Source: an uncultured virus (IMG/VR IMGVR_UViG_3300013307_000019) (taxonomy: Duplodnaviria; Heunggongvirae; Uroviricota; Caudoviricetes). Taken from it: a stretch of 64,000 bases of DNA. A program made the position numbers and the translations under genes. A model generated the notes under the pieces. That model had not been told where the DNA came from. It did no database searches and worked only from the letters and a program-made list of their open reading frames with translations. Each line of letters opens with the position of its first letter. Position 1 is the first letter of the stretch. Location: IMG/VR virus record IMGVR_UViG_3300013307_000019. The stretch is one strand, 5' to 3'. Positions 1-11,308 of this stretch are shown in pieces.

Positions 1-1917
1 ACTAAGCCAAAGCAATCCAAGTCTTCTTACGTTGCCGACCGCAAGGTGCTCATCGGACAGCAACTAGCAAATCCTGACCAGCGTGGATTCGTACCTCCTC
101 AGTCCACGGGTAAGAACGGCCAGCCATGGTGGGAAGACCCCTCCATGAAGCCTTTCGCAAACTGGTTGCGCGGTCTTTTCGGCCAGGGTCCTGTCCAAAC
201 CCCAACAGGTGGACACGGCGGCACGGGAACCGGTGTAGGCATTCCTTCGGTCAACTCACTGAGCCTAATGCCGGTTGGAAACACCAAGACTCCTTCTCAG
301 CAGGCAGATGAAGAATCCAAGAAGACGCAAGACACTTGGAAGAAGTTCTGGGCGGACACGTCTTCCGGATGGACCACATTCTGGGACGGCCTGCGTCAAG
401 GACGTAACAAGTTCTGGGCTGACACAAGCGCCAACTGGGCCAGCTTCAGCAAGGGCTTCCGCGCCAACTGGGATAGCTTCTGGGGCGGAATCCGCACTAG
501 CTGGAATGGCTTCTGGGACGGTGTTGCTCGCAACTTCGCCAACATAGTCTCTGACCTTTCAACCACGTGGGCACAAATTCAGAATGCCTTCGCCAACCCC
601 GTAAACTGGGTTATCACCAACGTATGGAATAACGGAATTGTCAAGTTCTGGAATGACATCGCTGGGCGACTTGGCCTAGGCAAGCTTGCCGCGGCTGGAC
701 TCATCCCTCTTGCTAAGACGACACCACAGACAAAGACGGCGAGTGCTCGTAATGGTGCGGTTGCCTTCGCTGGCGGTGGAGTCATGCCAGGGTGGTCACC
801 GGGACGCGACATTCACACCTTCACATCGCCAACCGGTGGAACTCTAAAGCTCTCCGGTGGCGAGGCCATCATGCGCCCCGAATTCACAAAGATGGTGGGC
901 GGCAAGAAGGGCGTTGATGACCTCAACAAGGAAGCCATTCGTCACTACGCTACGGGTGGTCTTGTTGACGGTTTCGGTGTCACAAGAAGGTCTTCGACGC
1001 CAGCCACGTCCAACAGCACCAAGAAGGCTACGAACACATCAAGTAACCCTCTCGACGCTCTCTTCCGTGACCCAGTAGGCTACGTCACCAACGGCCTTAA
1101 GAACGCCATTGCTCCGCTCGTAAACGGCATGAGCGACAACGGGTGGTCTGGAATTCTCAAGGCTGTCCCGAATGCTCTTATTGACGGTCTCGCCAAGAGC
1201 GTTTCGGGTGCCGCACTGGGTGGTGCCCTCGCCGGTGGTGGTAGTGGTGGCGGAATCGGCATGGGATGGCAGAAGCAGTGGAGCATTGTCCACTCCGCAT
1301 TCCCATGGGCAACACTGAACAGTGCCTACCGTAGCCCTTCGCAGAACGCCGCCGCGGGTGGTGTGAGCGGTTCGTACCACACCATGGGTCGCGCTATCGA
1401 CGTTTCCGCGTCCATGGAAATTTTCGACTGGCTACGTAAGAACTTCCCGAACTCTCGTGAGCTTATCTACTCACCAGCTAACGGTCGTCAGCTTAGAAAC
1501 GGTGCCAACTACTTCTGGCCAGAGCCAACACGTAGCCAGCACTTCAGCCACGTTCACTGGGCCATGAAGAATGGTGGTGTCATCCCAGGTCTCTACGATA
1601 ACGGCGGATGGCTACCTAATGGCGGCATGGGTGTCAACGCTTCCGGCAAGCCTGAGGCTGTTCTGACGAATGAAGAATCTCGCGGTCTGAAGGCTCTTCT
1701 TTCAGGCTCCGGTCTCACCGGCTCCATGGCTTCTGGTGCCTCTCTAGGCGCTTCGCTGGGTGGCCGCGGAACAAGTGTTGTGGATGCTTCTGTGAACATC
1801 GAGAAGGTTGTTCTGAACAACCCTGTGCCAGAGAAGCCTTCGGAGTCGCTTGCCAAGACGATTCGTTCTGCTTCGTACATGAACCAGGCTCGTGCAAATG
1901 CCGCAACTGGAAAATAA
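1..1917 (+). CDS. tape measure protein, C-terminal part (5' truncated), with M15-like peptidase domain
   Basis: Frame open from base 1. W/F-periodic repeats (FWADTSSGWTTFWDG) are typical of TMP. The AYRS...SYHTMGRAID...HFSHVH motif matches M15/LAS peptidases. Lies upstream of minor tail genes. Confidence 0.85.
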   Translation, partial: TKPKQSKSSYVADRKVLIGQQLANPDQRGFVPPQSTGKNGQPWWEDPSMKPFANWLRGLFGQGPVQTPTGGHGGTGTGVGIPSVNSLSLMPVGNTKTPSQQADEESKKTQDTWKKFWADTSSGWTTFWDGLRQGRNKFWADTSANWASFSKGFRANWDSFWGGIRTSWNGFWDGVARNFANIVSDLSTTWAQIQNAFANPVNWVITNVWNNGIVKFWNDIAGRLGLGKLAAAGLIPLAKTTPQTKTASARNGAVAFAGGGVMPGWSPGRDIHTFTSPTGGTLKLSGGEAIMRPEFTKMVGGKKGVDDLNKEAIRHYATGGLVDGFGVTRRSSTPATSNSTKKATNTSSNPLDALFRDPVGYVTNGLKNAIAPLVNGMSDNGWSGILKAVPNALIDGLAKSVSGAALGGALAGGGSGGGIGMGWQKQWSIVHSAFPWATLNSAYRSPSQNAAAGGVSGSYHTMGRAIDVSASMEIFDWLRKNFPNSRELIYSPANGRQLRNGANYFWPEPTRSQHFSHVHWAMKNGGVIPGLYDNGGWLPNGGMGVNASGKPEAVLTNEESRGLKALLSGSGLTGSMASGASLGASLGGRGTSVVDASVNIEKVVLNNPVPEKPSESLAKTIRSASYMNQARANAATGK

Positions 1918-1951
1918 CCGATAGTAAGACCAAGGCAGGAGGCTTGAAGCC

Positions 1952-2794
1952 GTGGCACTTTCTACAGACGTTTATTGGGATATCGCGGGAGTCCCTCTTC
2001 AAACGTATGCGTACAACATCACCACATGGGGTGGAGACCTACAGGCTCCCCCAACTCTCCGTGGTGAGGACACGACTCTACCGTACCGTCCGGGAACTAT
2101 TTTCCAGACCCGTCGTCCCACAGGCCGCTCCATCACATTCAACATGTGGGTGACCGGCTCAGATGTTGACGGAAACGTACCGGCTTCCAAGACCATGCGT
2201 ATGGAGTTCGAGAAGAATTTCAAGATGCTCCGCGGTCTCTTCTGGAACCAGGGCAAGCAGGTTGCAATCACCAAGCGCTGGAAGGACTACACCACTGGCG
2301 TAGTGCAGGCCGCAACTGGCTACGCTGTGTTCGCTAACGGTTTGGCTCCTACGATGAACGGCCAGCTTCGAGCTACGTTCACGGTGGAAATGTACATGTC
2401 TGACCCGTTCTTCTACGGGACCACGCAGACTGTGAACTTCGCAGGAACTACGACATCCAACCAGTCTCCTACAGTCCTGGGGGACTACGAGACCACAGCT
2501 ATCTCCCTGGATGTCAACGGTGCCCGCAACAACTTCCGCCTTACCAACACGTCTGAGTCCGTCTACGTCAACGTAAACAAGAATTTGTCAGCAGGCCAGC
2601 TAATCCGCCTGGATGTCAACAACTTCACTGCCCGTCAAGACCCATCCGGTGCGAACACCAACGTCATCGGCTCTGTGACGAACTTCGGCCACCCGTTCTG
2701 GATGGTTCTCCGCCCTGGTGTACAGAACCTATCTCTGACATCCTCGACAGGAGCGGGTACCGCCACCTTGACATACCTTCCTAGGTGGATTTAA
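1952..2794 (+). CDS. minor tail protein (distal tail, Dit-like)
   Basis: Directly after TMP; SDPFFYG and LRPG..NL motifs typical of siphovirus Dit proteins. Confidence 0.75.
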   Translation: MALSTDVYWDIAGVPLQTYAYNITTWGGDLQAPPTLRGEDTTLPYRPGTIFQTRRPTGRSITFNMWVTGSDVDGNVPASKTMRMEFEKNFKMLRGLFWNQGKQVAITKRWKDYTTGVVQAATGYAVFANGLAPTMNGQLRATFTVEMYMSDPFFYGTTQTVNFAGTTTSNQSPTVLGDYETTAISLDVNGARNNFRLTNTSESVYVNVNKNLSAGQLIRLDVNNFTARQDPSGANTNVIGSVTNFGHPFWMVLRPGVQNLSLTSSTGAGTATLTYLPRWI

Positions 2795-5700
2795 TGGCGT
2801 GGCTTGATACTTGGTCTGGAATTTGGGCGAGCACCTGGGGACAGTTCGCCCCTACTGCCGTGTCTTCGGACTCGCAGTACTACAACACGGTCGTTGAGAT
2901 TTACGATGACAGCGCCGCTTCCACACTCGTTGACATCATCCCTGCCCGCTACAACCCAACCTGCCTGAACGAAATCCGTGGTCACGGTGCAGGCTCCTTC
3001 AAGGTCTCCAAGACTGACCCTCGCGTTCTCGCTACGCCTACACTTCTCGACTACCGCAAGTTCGTCAAGATTCGCATGAACGGCATCGTTGTTGGCGCGT
3101 TCATCATCCAGAACAAGAAAACGGTCATCGTCGGTGAGGGTGAAGAAGCCGACGAAATGTGGGAAGTCTCCGGTGAGGGGCTTCGCTCCTGGTCGCGTGA
3201 CGCCGCTGTGTACCCATCGAAGGGTCTACAGGCGAACAGTGCAGACACACGCTACTTCAACTTCGCTACAGAGCAAGGCTCGTGGTACAAGTCCGCACAG
3301 TGGACAAACGCCGTAGTTTCGTGGACCTGGAATCAGTCTGGCAACTGGTACGGCACCGCTCCCGCCAACTGGCCAGACGCTCCCAGCGCTAAGTGGATTT
3401 GGGACCGCTCTGGACCCTACGCGATGCCACAGGGCTACGTGTACTTCCGTCGTGAGTTCACTGCCGCCTCTGACGCCTCTTACTCGTTGTTCATCTCCGT
3501 AGACGATGCCGCAGAAGTCTATGTTGACGGTGAGCTTCTTCTCACCACGGCTGAGCACGCCTGGCAAGATACCAATCGTATCGATATGGACCTCAAGGCC
3601 GGTGCACACGTCATTGGCATCAAGGCCTACAACTACATGTCTACCGGCCCTGGGGGCTTGCTGGCGGCTTTGTTCACGTTCGGTGACCCTCTGGTACCAA
3701 CTAGCGCAACTCTCGTCCTCGTGAGCGACACGCAGTGGAAGGTGCAGGGCTACCCAGCCATTGAGCCTGGCTGGAACATGGGAGACCTTCTGGTGACCCT
3801 CATTACTGAGGCCAAGAATCGTGGAGTCCGCTGGGCTAATAACGTCACACTGTCTTTCACGGCCACGACAGACTCCGCAGGACAGGCGTGGGCCGACCCT
3901 GTGCCATGGTCATTCTCCGTGGGCGCTTCTTACGAGGAAGTCATTTCTGCCGTAGAGGAAATGGGTTGTGACATCTGGCTCGATCCAACCGCGCTTACCC
4001 TTAATGCTTACAAGAAGCGCGGAGTGGATCGGTCACTTCAGGGCACGACTCCTGACAGCGCCATCATCTTCCGTCCCGGTCTAAATCTTCTTTCCGGAGA
4101 AGAAACCGGGCAGGCTGAGATTGCCAACACCCTCATCCTCCACGCCAGTGACGGTTGGTCTGAGAACGCCTACTCTGACACGACCTCTCTCACCAAGTAC
4201 GGTCGCGTGGAAACCCAGATGGCTACACAGTTGACCAACAAGGGTGCGGCTCCGCTGATTCAAGAAGTTTTCCGCACGAAGGCTCTCCCTGAGAAGAGTG
4301 CTACTTTCGAGATTTTGCCTATTGCGGGCATGACGCCCTTCGTAGACTTCAACGTGGGCGACACAATCTCCGCTCCTACTGACGTGCCTGGACTATTCGA
4401 TGCTCGCCGCATCATGTCGATTGCCTTCGCAGAAGACGATGCTACCGGTCTCCCACAGTTCTCCCTTGAGTTCGACACCATCTTCAAGGACCGTCAGGAT
4501 GAGCTAGAGAAGTGGATGTCTAGACTAGCCAACTCGTCGGCAATCGGCGGTGGGTTCACGAACTCTTCTACGCTTCCTCCTACAGCCGTACAGGGTACGC
4601 CGGGTGCTCAGCTTGGTAGCGTGCCAGATGCCCCGACAGGTCTCGTGGTTTCTTCCATCGGTCGATTCGCTCCTGACGGCACAAGCACGTCTGACTACTC
4701 TCTGACGTGGAACGCCGTTGTCACAGGAACCGGCTTCGGAACCGTCACGGTAACGGAGTACGAGGTTTGGGGACGCCGTTCCTCAGAATCGCAGTCCAAC
4801 CTCATGGCTGTGGTCTTTGACGTGTTCGCGTACCTTCAGGGATTCCGTTCCGGCGATACCTGGTACTTCAAGATTCGAGCCATTTCTAGAACTGGCGGGC
4901 CAGGACCATTCTCCGGTGAAGTTTCTCTCACCGCCGCCAATCCAGTTGTAGCGCTGGGCGCTCCTTCGGCTCCAACACTGACCACCAGCATGGGAACAGT
5001 CACCATCAATTGGGACGGTCTCATTGCCGGTCAGCCTGCCCCAGGTTACGTGCGCTACGTGCGCGTGGATCGCTCCGGTGCCGGGAGCGGTGGTACTTGG
5101 GTGGAAAAGCGCAGGAACCTCTTCAACGACCCGCGCGGTACCGCACTAACGAACTGGTCTTCTGGCGATGCCGGTGTCTCGGTTACCCTGTCCACGCGCA
5201 CAGACATGGTGGGTGCTACGACCACCGCTGTCCGAAGCACAAGGACTACATCAAGCAACTCCGTTCGTGCCATCGAGCTTCCTGTTGGTACGTCCATGCT
5301 TGCTAGCACCAAGTACAGAACAAGAATTAGGATTCGCTCGTCTGCCGCCATCACGAACGCCATCGTTACCTATCGACCCGCGGTAGCATCCTCTACCAAC
5401 CAAGTCGTGGTAGACACAGTGAACATCCCCGTGGGTGAGTCGTACATCGACGTGGAAGGTATCACCTTCGGCGTAGCTCCCTCCTCCACAGCCGGTGTAG
5501 CGATTCTCACAGACGGTTCGAACGGTGCTACCACCGGGACATACATCGACTTCACCGACGTTCTGATTGAGAAGTCCTCCACGACAGATGGGACGATGGT
5601 CGCGGGTGACCTGACTTCTACTTCTGCCTACCGCTACCGCTGGCTGGGAACCACCAACAACTCTCAGTCGGTCTACGAAATCAACGACCCTTGGGTGCAG

Positions 5701-6882
5701 GTAGGAACTCTGGTACGCGGACAGACCGTAGACGCCTCTGTAACGACCGGAAATGCGTACGACTACCGTCTAGTCGCCATCGACACGTACGGTGGCGCTA
5801 GTACACCCTCAGCCTCTTCTAGCATCACTGTTCTGGGTGTGCAGTCCGGAGATATCACGGGCGGTCTAGCTTCGCAGAACCTTGTCGCCAACGGCTCCTT
5901 CGAATCCGACCTCACCAACTGGACTGTCGTACAGATGTACCCCAACGGCGGCTCCGGTGCCACGGTCATTACGGGTGGCTTGTCAGGCTCCAAGTACCTA
6001 CAGATGGTACGTGGAACAGAAATCCCCGGAGGAGAAATCGACCTCGTTGTTGGGCAGGCAACCAGTGCGGCTATCCCTATCTCCTCGGTAGGCGCTGGCG
6101 GATACTTCATTTCTGCCAAGGTGCAGGGATTGTCCAACTACACAGGTGCTTTCTCCCTCATCGCCTTCTGGTACCAGGGAGACAAGGTAACCCCAGCTTC
6201 TCAGCCAAGCTCCAACGCCGTGGGTCTGTTCAGTGTGACGACATCTGCACAGTACGCCGTGGGTCAGGTCTTCCCTCCCTCGGATGCGCGCTTCATGCGT
6301 GTAGGTGTGGTCCTCAACGCGCAGAACGCCACCATCTACGTGGATGATGTCGTAGCTCGTGAGGTAATCCAGTCCGGGATGATCGGTGACAACTCCATCA
6401 TTGCTACGCACCTGTCCGCAGGTAGCGTCACAGCAAACGCCATCCAAGCTGGCGCGGTAAATGCTGACGCTATTGCCGCGGGTGCTATTACCGCGGACAA
6501 GATTGCGGCAGGCTCTATCACTTCGAACAAACTTTCGTCTGAAGTGGGAGCGTCCCTAGACATTTCCAGCAACTCTTCTATCAACCTCATCGTGGACCGC
6601 CAGGACTCCGTTGAGGATGATGTGGCGGGAGTGCAGGGCGATGTGGAGAGCCTGAAGACGTACTACTCCTTTGGCCCTGAGGGAGCAATCATCGGACAGA
6701 CGGACTCCGCATTCAAGCTCGTGCTTAAGAACGACCAAATCCAGATTCTAGAAAACGGAGTCGTCGTTTCGTACTGGGACTCCGGACAGATGGTGGTGGA
6801 TCGCTTCGTAGGTAATGAGGTTGTGCTCGCTAACCACAAGTTTGAGACTTACGGCACGGGAACGATTGTAAAGAAGATTTGA
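2794..6882 (+). CDS. minor tail protein (Tal-like) with FN3 and carbohydrate-binding-like domains
   Basis: VDDAAEVYVDG beta-sandwich, FN3-like PDAPTGL...WYFKIRA, NLVANGSFE CBM-like segment, ITADKIAAG repeats. Confidence 0.8.
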   Translation: MAWLDTWSGIWASTWGQFAPTAVSSDSQYYNTVVEIYDDSAASTLVDIIPARYNPTCLNEIRGHGAGSFKVSKTDPRVLATPTLLDYRKFVKIRMNGIVVGAFIIQNKKTVIVGEGEEADEMWEVSGEGLRSWSRDAAVYPSKGLQANSADTRYFNFATEQGSWYKSAQWTNAVVSWTWNQSGNWYGTAPANWPDAPSAKWIWDRSGPYAMPQGYVYFRREFTAASDASYSLFISVDDAAEVYVDGELLLTTAEHAWQDTNRIDMDLKAGAHVIGIKAYNYMSTGPGGLLAALFTFGDPLVPTSATLVLVSDTQWKVQGYPAIEPGWNMGDLLVTLITEAKNRGVRWANNVTLSFTATTDSAGQAWADPVPWSFSVGASYEEVISAVEEMGCDIWLDPTALTLNAYKKRGVDRSLQGTTPDSAIIFRPGLNLLSGEETGQAEIANTLILHASDGWSENAYSDTTSLTKYGRVETQMATQLTNKGAAPLIQEVFRTKALPEKSATFEILPIAGMTPFVDFNVGDTISAPTDVPGLFDARRIMSIAFAEDDATGLPQFSLEFDTIFKDRQDELEKWMSRLANSSAIGGGFTNSSTLPPTAVQGTPGAQLGSVPDAPTGLVVSSIGRFAPDGTSTSDYSLTWNAVVTGTGFGTVTVTEYEVWGRRSSESQSNLMAVVFDVFAYLQGFRSGDTWYFKIRAISRTGGPGPFSGEVSLTAANPVVALGAPSAPTLTTSMGTVTINWDGLIAGQPAPGYVRYVRVDRSGAGSGGTWVEKRRNLFNDPRGTALTNWSSGDAGVSVTLSTRTDMVGATTTAVRSTRTTSSNSVRAIELPVGTSMLASTKYRTRIRIRSSAAITNAIVTYRPAVASSTNQVVVDTVNIPVGESYIDVEGITFGVAPSSTAGVAILTDGSNGATTGTYIDFTDVLIEKSSTTDGTMVAGDLTSTSAYRYRWLGTTNNSQSVYEINDPWVQVGTLVRGQTVDASVTTGNAYDYRLVAIDTYGGASTPSASSSITVLGVQSGDITGGLASQNLVANGSFESDLTNWTVVQMYPNGGSGATVITGGLSGSKYLQMVRGTEIPGGEIDLVVGQATSAAIPISSVGAGGYFISAKVQGLSNYTGAFSLIAFWYQGDKVTPASQPSSNAVGLFSVTTSAQYAVGQVFPPSDARFMRVGVVLNAQNATIYVDDVVAREVIQSGMIGDNSIIATHLSAGSVTANAIQAGAVNADAIAAGAITADKIAAGSITSNKLSSEVGASLDISSNSSINLIVDRQDSVEDDVAGVQGDVESLKTYYSFGPEGAIIGQTDSAFKLVLKNDQIQILENGVVVSYWDSGQMVVDRFVGNEVVLANHKFETYGTGTIVKKI

Positions 6883-6883
6883 C

Positions 6884-9577
6884 ATGACAGACAGAATTCA
6901 CATCGGTCACTCCGGACCTTCTACGGACTTCTGGCTAGAAGCCGACGAAATCGGTACGAACGTAGCTACAAACCAGTCTACGGTTCGCTTCTACCTACGC
7001 TGTGCAAACGGTGGCGCAGGTTCTACGTCTTCGCGTGACTCCAACACCGGTTGGCAGAACGCAGAAATTGATGGTATCGGACAGATTGCCATTCACGGTC
7101 CTACTGCACCGTTCCTTCCTTCGGGATACGCCGCAGGCCAGCTTCGCTGGCGTGATGGACCATACGATGTCAACGTAGGTCACAACGCGGATGGTACCGG
7201 TGGTATCACCATCCGAATGAAGCTGTACTACGGTGACAACGTTTCGACGTACCTGCCACTTTCCACGATTCCTCGTGCGTCTACTCCATCGTTCTCCGGA
7301 AGCTCTACATTCGACCCCGGCACGACTCAGACAATCAACACGAACCGTGCATCCTCCTCGTTCACGCACGACATCCTTTACAGCTTCGGCTCCTCAGGCT
7401 GGGTGACTATCGCTACAGGTGTTGCCACATCCACCACGTGGACGCCTCCAATGTCGCTTCTGGACTCAATTCCGAACTCTCCGTCCGGTGTGGGCACGCT
7501 TAGGTGTAACACCTACAACGGTGGTAGCCTCATCGGCACCAAGGACATCAACTTCACAATCACCACGCCAGCTTCAGTCATCCCTACTTGGACTTCGGTA
7601 TCGTCTTCTGAGGCTGTGAGTGCAGTTTCCTCTACTGTCGGTGCTTACGTGCAGAATGTGTCAAAGCTTAATTACGCCATTACCGGCGCGGCGGGTGTCT
7701 ACAGTTCTACCATAGCTCTTCAGCGCTTTACGTGCTCTGGCCAGACGGTGGATGGTGCGTCCGGAACTACACCGAACGTCATCAGCGCAAGCGGAACCGT
7801 TCCAGTTACATGGCTGATTCAGGACTCCCGTGGCAAGCAGAAGACACAGACTTCGAACATCACTGTTCTTCCATACACGAACCCACTAATCAACAGCGTG
7901 ACGATTCAGCGATGCCTCAGTGACGGGACGCTGGCTCCGGACGACGGAACCTACCTCAAGGTCACCATCAATGCACAGTCTCAGTCTCTCATCAATGGAA
8001 CTGAGAAGAATATCATCCAGCTAAAGATTCGCTCTCGACTCCTGGGAGCTACTACCGCCTGGACTGACCCCACAACGCTGAAGACCACGCTCAACCCCAG
8101 CGGCATTACCTACAACTCGAATACGGTGGTAGCGGGTCCGTACGACGTGGACAAGTCCTATGAAGTTCGTGTAGAGGCACTGGACCGGTTCAACCTGTCC
8201 GCCAGCCAGCAGACGGTCGCCGTGGGTGCCATCTTCATGCACTGGACCGCCACCGGTATGGGTCTAGGTAAGTATCTAGAAAAGGGCGCTCTAGACGTTC
8301 AGGGAGACATCTTCCAGAGCGGTGCTCTTGTCATGGATGCAAACGACATGTACAACCGTGTCGCAGTCCTGGACAAGGATTATCGCGGCCAGGGACCGGC
8401 TACAGTCAAGCTCCTATCCAACGGCACAACAATCACTAGCGTGCCGTGGGCCGGAAGGTACGTTCCCAACGGTCCTCGCGTAGTCATCCTTGCTCGCACC
8501 GAAACCGGTTACTACATTGTCGGACAAAGCTGGCGAACCGACCACGGAGCGTGGGCGGACCTGACTTTCCAGAACGGTTGGCAGAACTACAACGTCAACG
8601 TGAACGACAATTCCTGGAATACTGCCGGGTACACTAAAACACACACCGGAATAGTAGTTCTCAAGGGACTAATTCGCGGAGGTACCGCTACGGGTGGAAC
8701 GACAATCGCCACCCTTCCAGTGGGCTACCGGCCTGATACAGAGACCCTGTTCCTTGCATCTACCAACGACACTCCTACATACATCCGTGTGAGAACTGAC
8801 GGGCAAGTACAGGTAGGTGTGAACACGACCAACCAGTACATCACTCTAGAGCATGTGAGGTTCCCCGCCGCGGGAGTTGCAACCTGGACGGACGTGGGGT
8901 CCGGAGGCTCCTCATTCGCAAACTCCTGGGTGGGATACCAAACAGTTCAGTACGGAACTCCCGGATTCTGGAAGGACCCATACGGTCACGTGTGGTTCCG
9001 CGGAATGGTTTCCAGCGGTTCAAATACCGTGGACAACACCACTATTATCAACATGCCCGCCACGCACCGCGTAGACCTAGAACAGCACTTGCCAACTTCC
9101 TCAAATGGAGGTTACGGGCTTGTCGGTGGCCAGCCTACGAACGGCCTGAACTGGAAGAACGGTGGAGCAAACTCAAACGTCTGGATTACTCTTGGTGGAG
9201 TTGTCTGGCGAACATCTGACTCGCTGACGGCAAATACGTGGGTAACCCCAGCTATGTCTAATAGCTGGGTGGCGTACAGCGGGACGTTCACAGCACCGTC
9301 TTACACTAGACGTGAAGATGGTTTGTGTTTCCTCGCGGGCCTGATGAGAACCGGAACCATCGGAACCAAGGCTTTCCAAATTGCATCTCCTGAATTCTAT
9401 GGAGTGCGCAGTGGGTTGCGCATGTCGGTGGCCGCGCTAGGTAACGCTCGTCTAGACATTCAGGGAGTTTACGCCAACAACGCTCCAAGCAATGCGGGAG
9501 TGGTTCTTCCTGCCGCGGGAAGCAACACGTGGTTCACACTAGACGGGCAGACCTGGATTCCAGAACCTGTCGTCTGA
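6884..9577 (+). CDS. minor tail / receptor-binding protein
   Basis: DUF859-like N-terminus (TIPRAS...SFTH) and three C-terminal repeats of type NxWxxY...YxK...GxVxLxG. Confidence 0.75.
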   Translation: MTDRIHIGHSGPSTDFWLEADEIGTNVATNQSTVRFYLRCANGGAGSTSSRDSNTGWQNAEIDGIGQIAIHGPTAPFLPSGYAAGQLRWRDGPYDVNVGHNADGTGGITIRMKLYYGDNVSTYLPLSTIPRASTPSFSGSSTFDPGTTQTINTNRASSSFTHDILYSFGSSGWVTIATGVATSTTWTPPMSLLDSIPNSPSGVGTLRCNTYNGGSLIGTKDINFTITTPASVIPTWTSVSSSEAVSAVSSTVGAYVQNVSKLNYAITGAAGVYSSTIALQRFTCSGQTVDGASGTTPNVISASGTVPVTWLIQDSRGKQKTQTSNITVLPYTNPLINSVTIQRCLSDGTLAPDDGTYLKVTINAQSQSLINGTEKNIIQLKIRSRLLGATTAWTDPTTLKTTLNPSGITYNSNTVVAGPYDVDKSYEVRVEALDRFNLSASQQTVAVGAIFMHWTATGMGLGKYLEKGALDVQGDIFQSGALVMDANDMYNRVAVLDKDYRGQGPATVKLLSNGTTITSVPWAGRYVPNGPRVVILARTETGYYIVGQSWRTDHGAWADLTFQNGWQNYNVNVNDNSWNTAGYTKTHTGIVVLKGLIRGGTATGGTTIATLPVGYRPDTETLFLASTNDTPTYIRVRTDGQVQVGVNTTNQYITLEHVRFPAAGVATWTDVGSGGSSFANSWVGYQTVQYGTPGFWKDPYGHVWFRGMVSSGSNTVDNTTIINMPATHRVDLEQHLPTSSNGGYGLVGGQPTNGLNWKNGGANSNVWITLGGVVWRTSDSLTANTWVTPAMSNSWVAYSGTFTAPSYTRREDGLCFLAGLMRTGTIGTKAFQIASPEFYGVRSGLRMSVAALGNARLDIQGVYANNAPSNAGVVLPAAGSNTWFTLDGQTWIPEPVV

Positions 9578-9608
9578 GCGCGATAGTAAAAGACGGAGGT
9601 CATCACCC

Positions 9609-10139
9609 ATGAACACACTAACCCAGTGGCTCAGCCCCGCAAACCGTGAGAAGATTTACACGGCAATTGCGGCTCTTGCGCCCATCTTTGTCGCCGCAGG
9701 CCTTGTTCTTCCATCCAACGTAGAGCCAATCATGGTTCTCGTTGGTGCAGGACTTCAGGTCTTCTCCGGTGTCCTAGCTCTCGTCCACCTGAAGCCAACT
9801 GACGCCGCTCGTTGGTTCGGTACGGTTGGCCGTGGAGTCATCTATGGTGGTGCAACAACCGTTGCCGCCGCCGTGGTCACTCTCGGTTTCATCACTCAGG
9901 ACTGGGCTAACGGAGCGCTCACCTACGTTTCTCTAGGTCTGACAGCACTGCAAGCAATCCTTGCTGTAGTCACACCTAAGGAAGTTTCCTTCCCAGTCAG
10001 CGACACACCGGTTGTTGTAAAGGCTGTCGTCACGACAGACAACGCCGTTGTTTCGCCAGTACAGGAACCCGTAGCTGAGGCAACACCTGTCGTCGTAGTT
10101 CCCGACGCAGAGCCAGAGCCAACCGGTGACGGCGCGTAA
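9609..10139 (+). CDS. putative holin
   Basis: Four hydrophobic segments in two related halves (REKIY.../RGVIY...), as in actinophage holins; SD GGAGG. Confidence 0.65.
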   Translation: MNTLTQWLSPANREKIYTAIAALAPIFVAAGLVLPSNVEPIMVLVGAGLQVFSGVLALVHLKPTDAARWFGTVGRGVIYGGATTVAAAVVTLGFITQDWANGALTYVSLGLTALQAILAVVTPKEVSFPVSDTPVVVKAVVTTDNAVVSPVQEPVAEATPVVVVPDAEPEPTGDGA

Positions 10140-10176
10140 AACAAGAAATTAGCACCTTAGCCCGTTCGGAGCAGTC

Positions 10177-11250
10177 ATGCCAGGACCATACACATTCTCA
10201 ACCACGATCAACCCCGGTGATTCGGGGCAAACGACGTGGGCGAATGCTATTGGCCAGGCGCTCAACGAAGCCGACTCAGCCGCTACCCCGAGTGTCTTCA
10301 TTGAACGTGACAGCGCTGGGCGGGCTAAGGTTGCTGACCCCTCTGTGGCATCGGACATTGCCACCAAGAACTACGTAGACAACGCAGACAGCTTCAAGGC
10401 CCCTCTGGCAAGCCCAACCTTCACCGGTACTCCTGCCGCTCCTACAGCTACCGCAGGTACAAACACTACACAGTTGGCCACTACCGCTTTCGTCACAGGT
10501 GGTATCGCTACCGCCATCGGCACAGCCATCCTTAAGTCGCTCTACACGACTAAGGGTGACCTTGCTGTAGCAACAGCGGCAAGCACTCCTGCCCGCCTAG
10601 GCGTAGGTTCTGACAACCAAGTTCTGACTGCCGACTCTACACAGGCCAGCGGTGTGAAGTGGGCCACACCGTCAACAATCGCCGCGCCTGTGCCGGTAAC
10701 TTCGGCTACCGCCACGTGGTTCACTCCATTCCAGTCTGTAGGCTCTTTCACAGCTTCATGGACAACAGGAACCATGGTTCTGGCTCCTATGCGTCTAGAG
10801 CGTTCAGTTCAGCTTGACGGTCTGTCCATGTTTCAGTTCGCTACCGGTGTCACAGGAACCGCGTACATCTGTGTCTACAACGACACAGGTTCCTTTGCAC
10901 CGGGCACCCTGAACAAGGCAACGACCGCCATTGCCATTGCCGGTCCTAGCCTCATGACTCAGACGTTCACAGCAACAACTCTGAGCGCCGGAATGTACTG
11001 GGTAGGAGTTCTCCTTGTGTTCTCCGCAGGAAGTCCGTCTATACGTGCCGCCTCCCCATTCCCATTGGGCTGGACTACTGACCTAAGCCTAGGCACCGGA
11101 GCAAACCCTAGAGACCCTGGCGGTAACCCAACAACAATCGCGCTTCAGACGGGTCTATCCACCCCACCATCTACGTGGGCTGGCTCTTTCCCAACTAACT
11201 CGACTGCGCCAAACATCACGCCATGGGTACCAATGCGCATCAAGACCTAA
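10177..11250 (+). CDS. tail fibre-like structural protein
   Basis: KAPLASPTFTGTPAAPTA...TTQLATTAFV tail-fibre repeat; Thr/Ala rich. Confidence 0.65.
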   Translation: MPGPYTFSTTINPGDSGQTTWANAIGQALNEADSAATPSVFIERDSAGRAKVADPSVASDIATKNYVDNADSFKAPLASPTFTGTPAAPTATAGTNTTQLATTAFVTGGIATAIGTAILKSLYTTKGDLAVATAASTPARLGVGSDNQVLTADSTQASGVKWATPSTIAAPVPVTSATATWFTPFQSVGSFTASWTTGTMVLAPMRLERSVQLDGLSMFQFATGVTGTAYICVYNDTGSFAPGTLNKATTAIAIAGPSLMTQTFTATTLSAGMYWVGVLLVFSAGSPSIRAASPFPLGWTTDLSLGTGANPRDPGGNPTTIALQTGLSTPPSTWAGSFPTNSTAPNITPWVPMRIKT

Positions 11251-11308
11251 TGCCCGATAGTAAAAATCGAGGCATGCTGTCTCTCGCATAAATCCTGAGG
11301 GGGACACC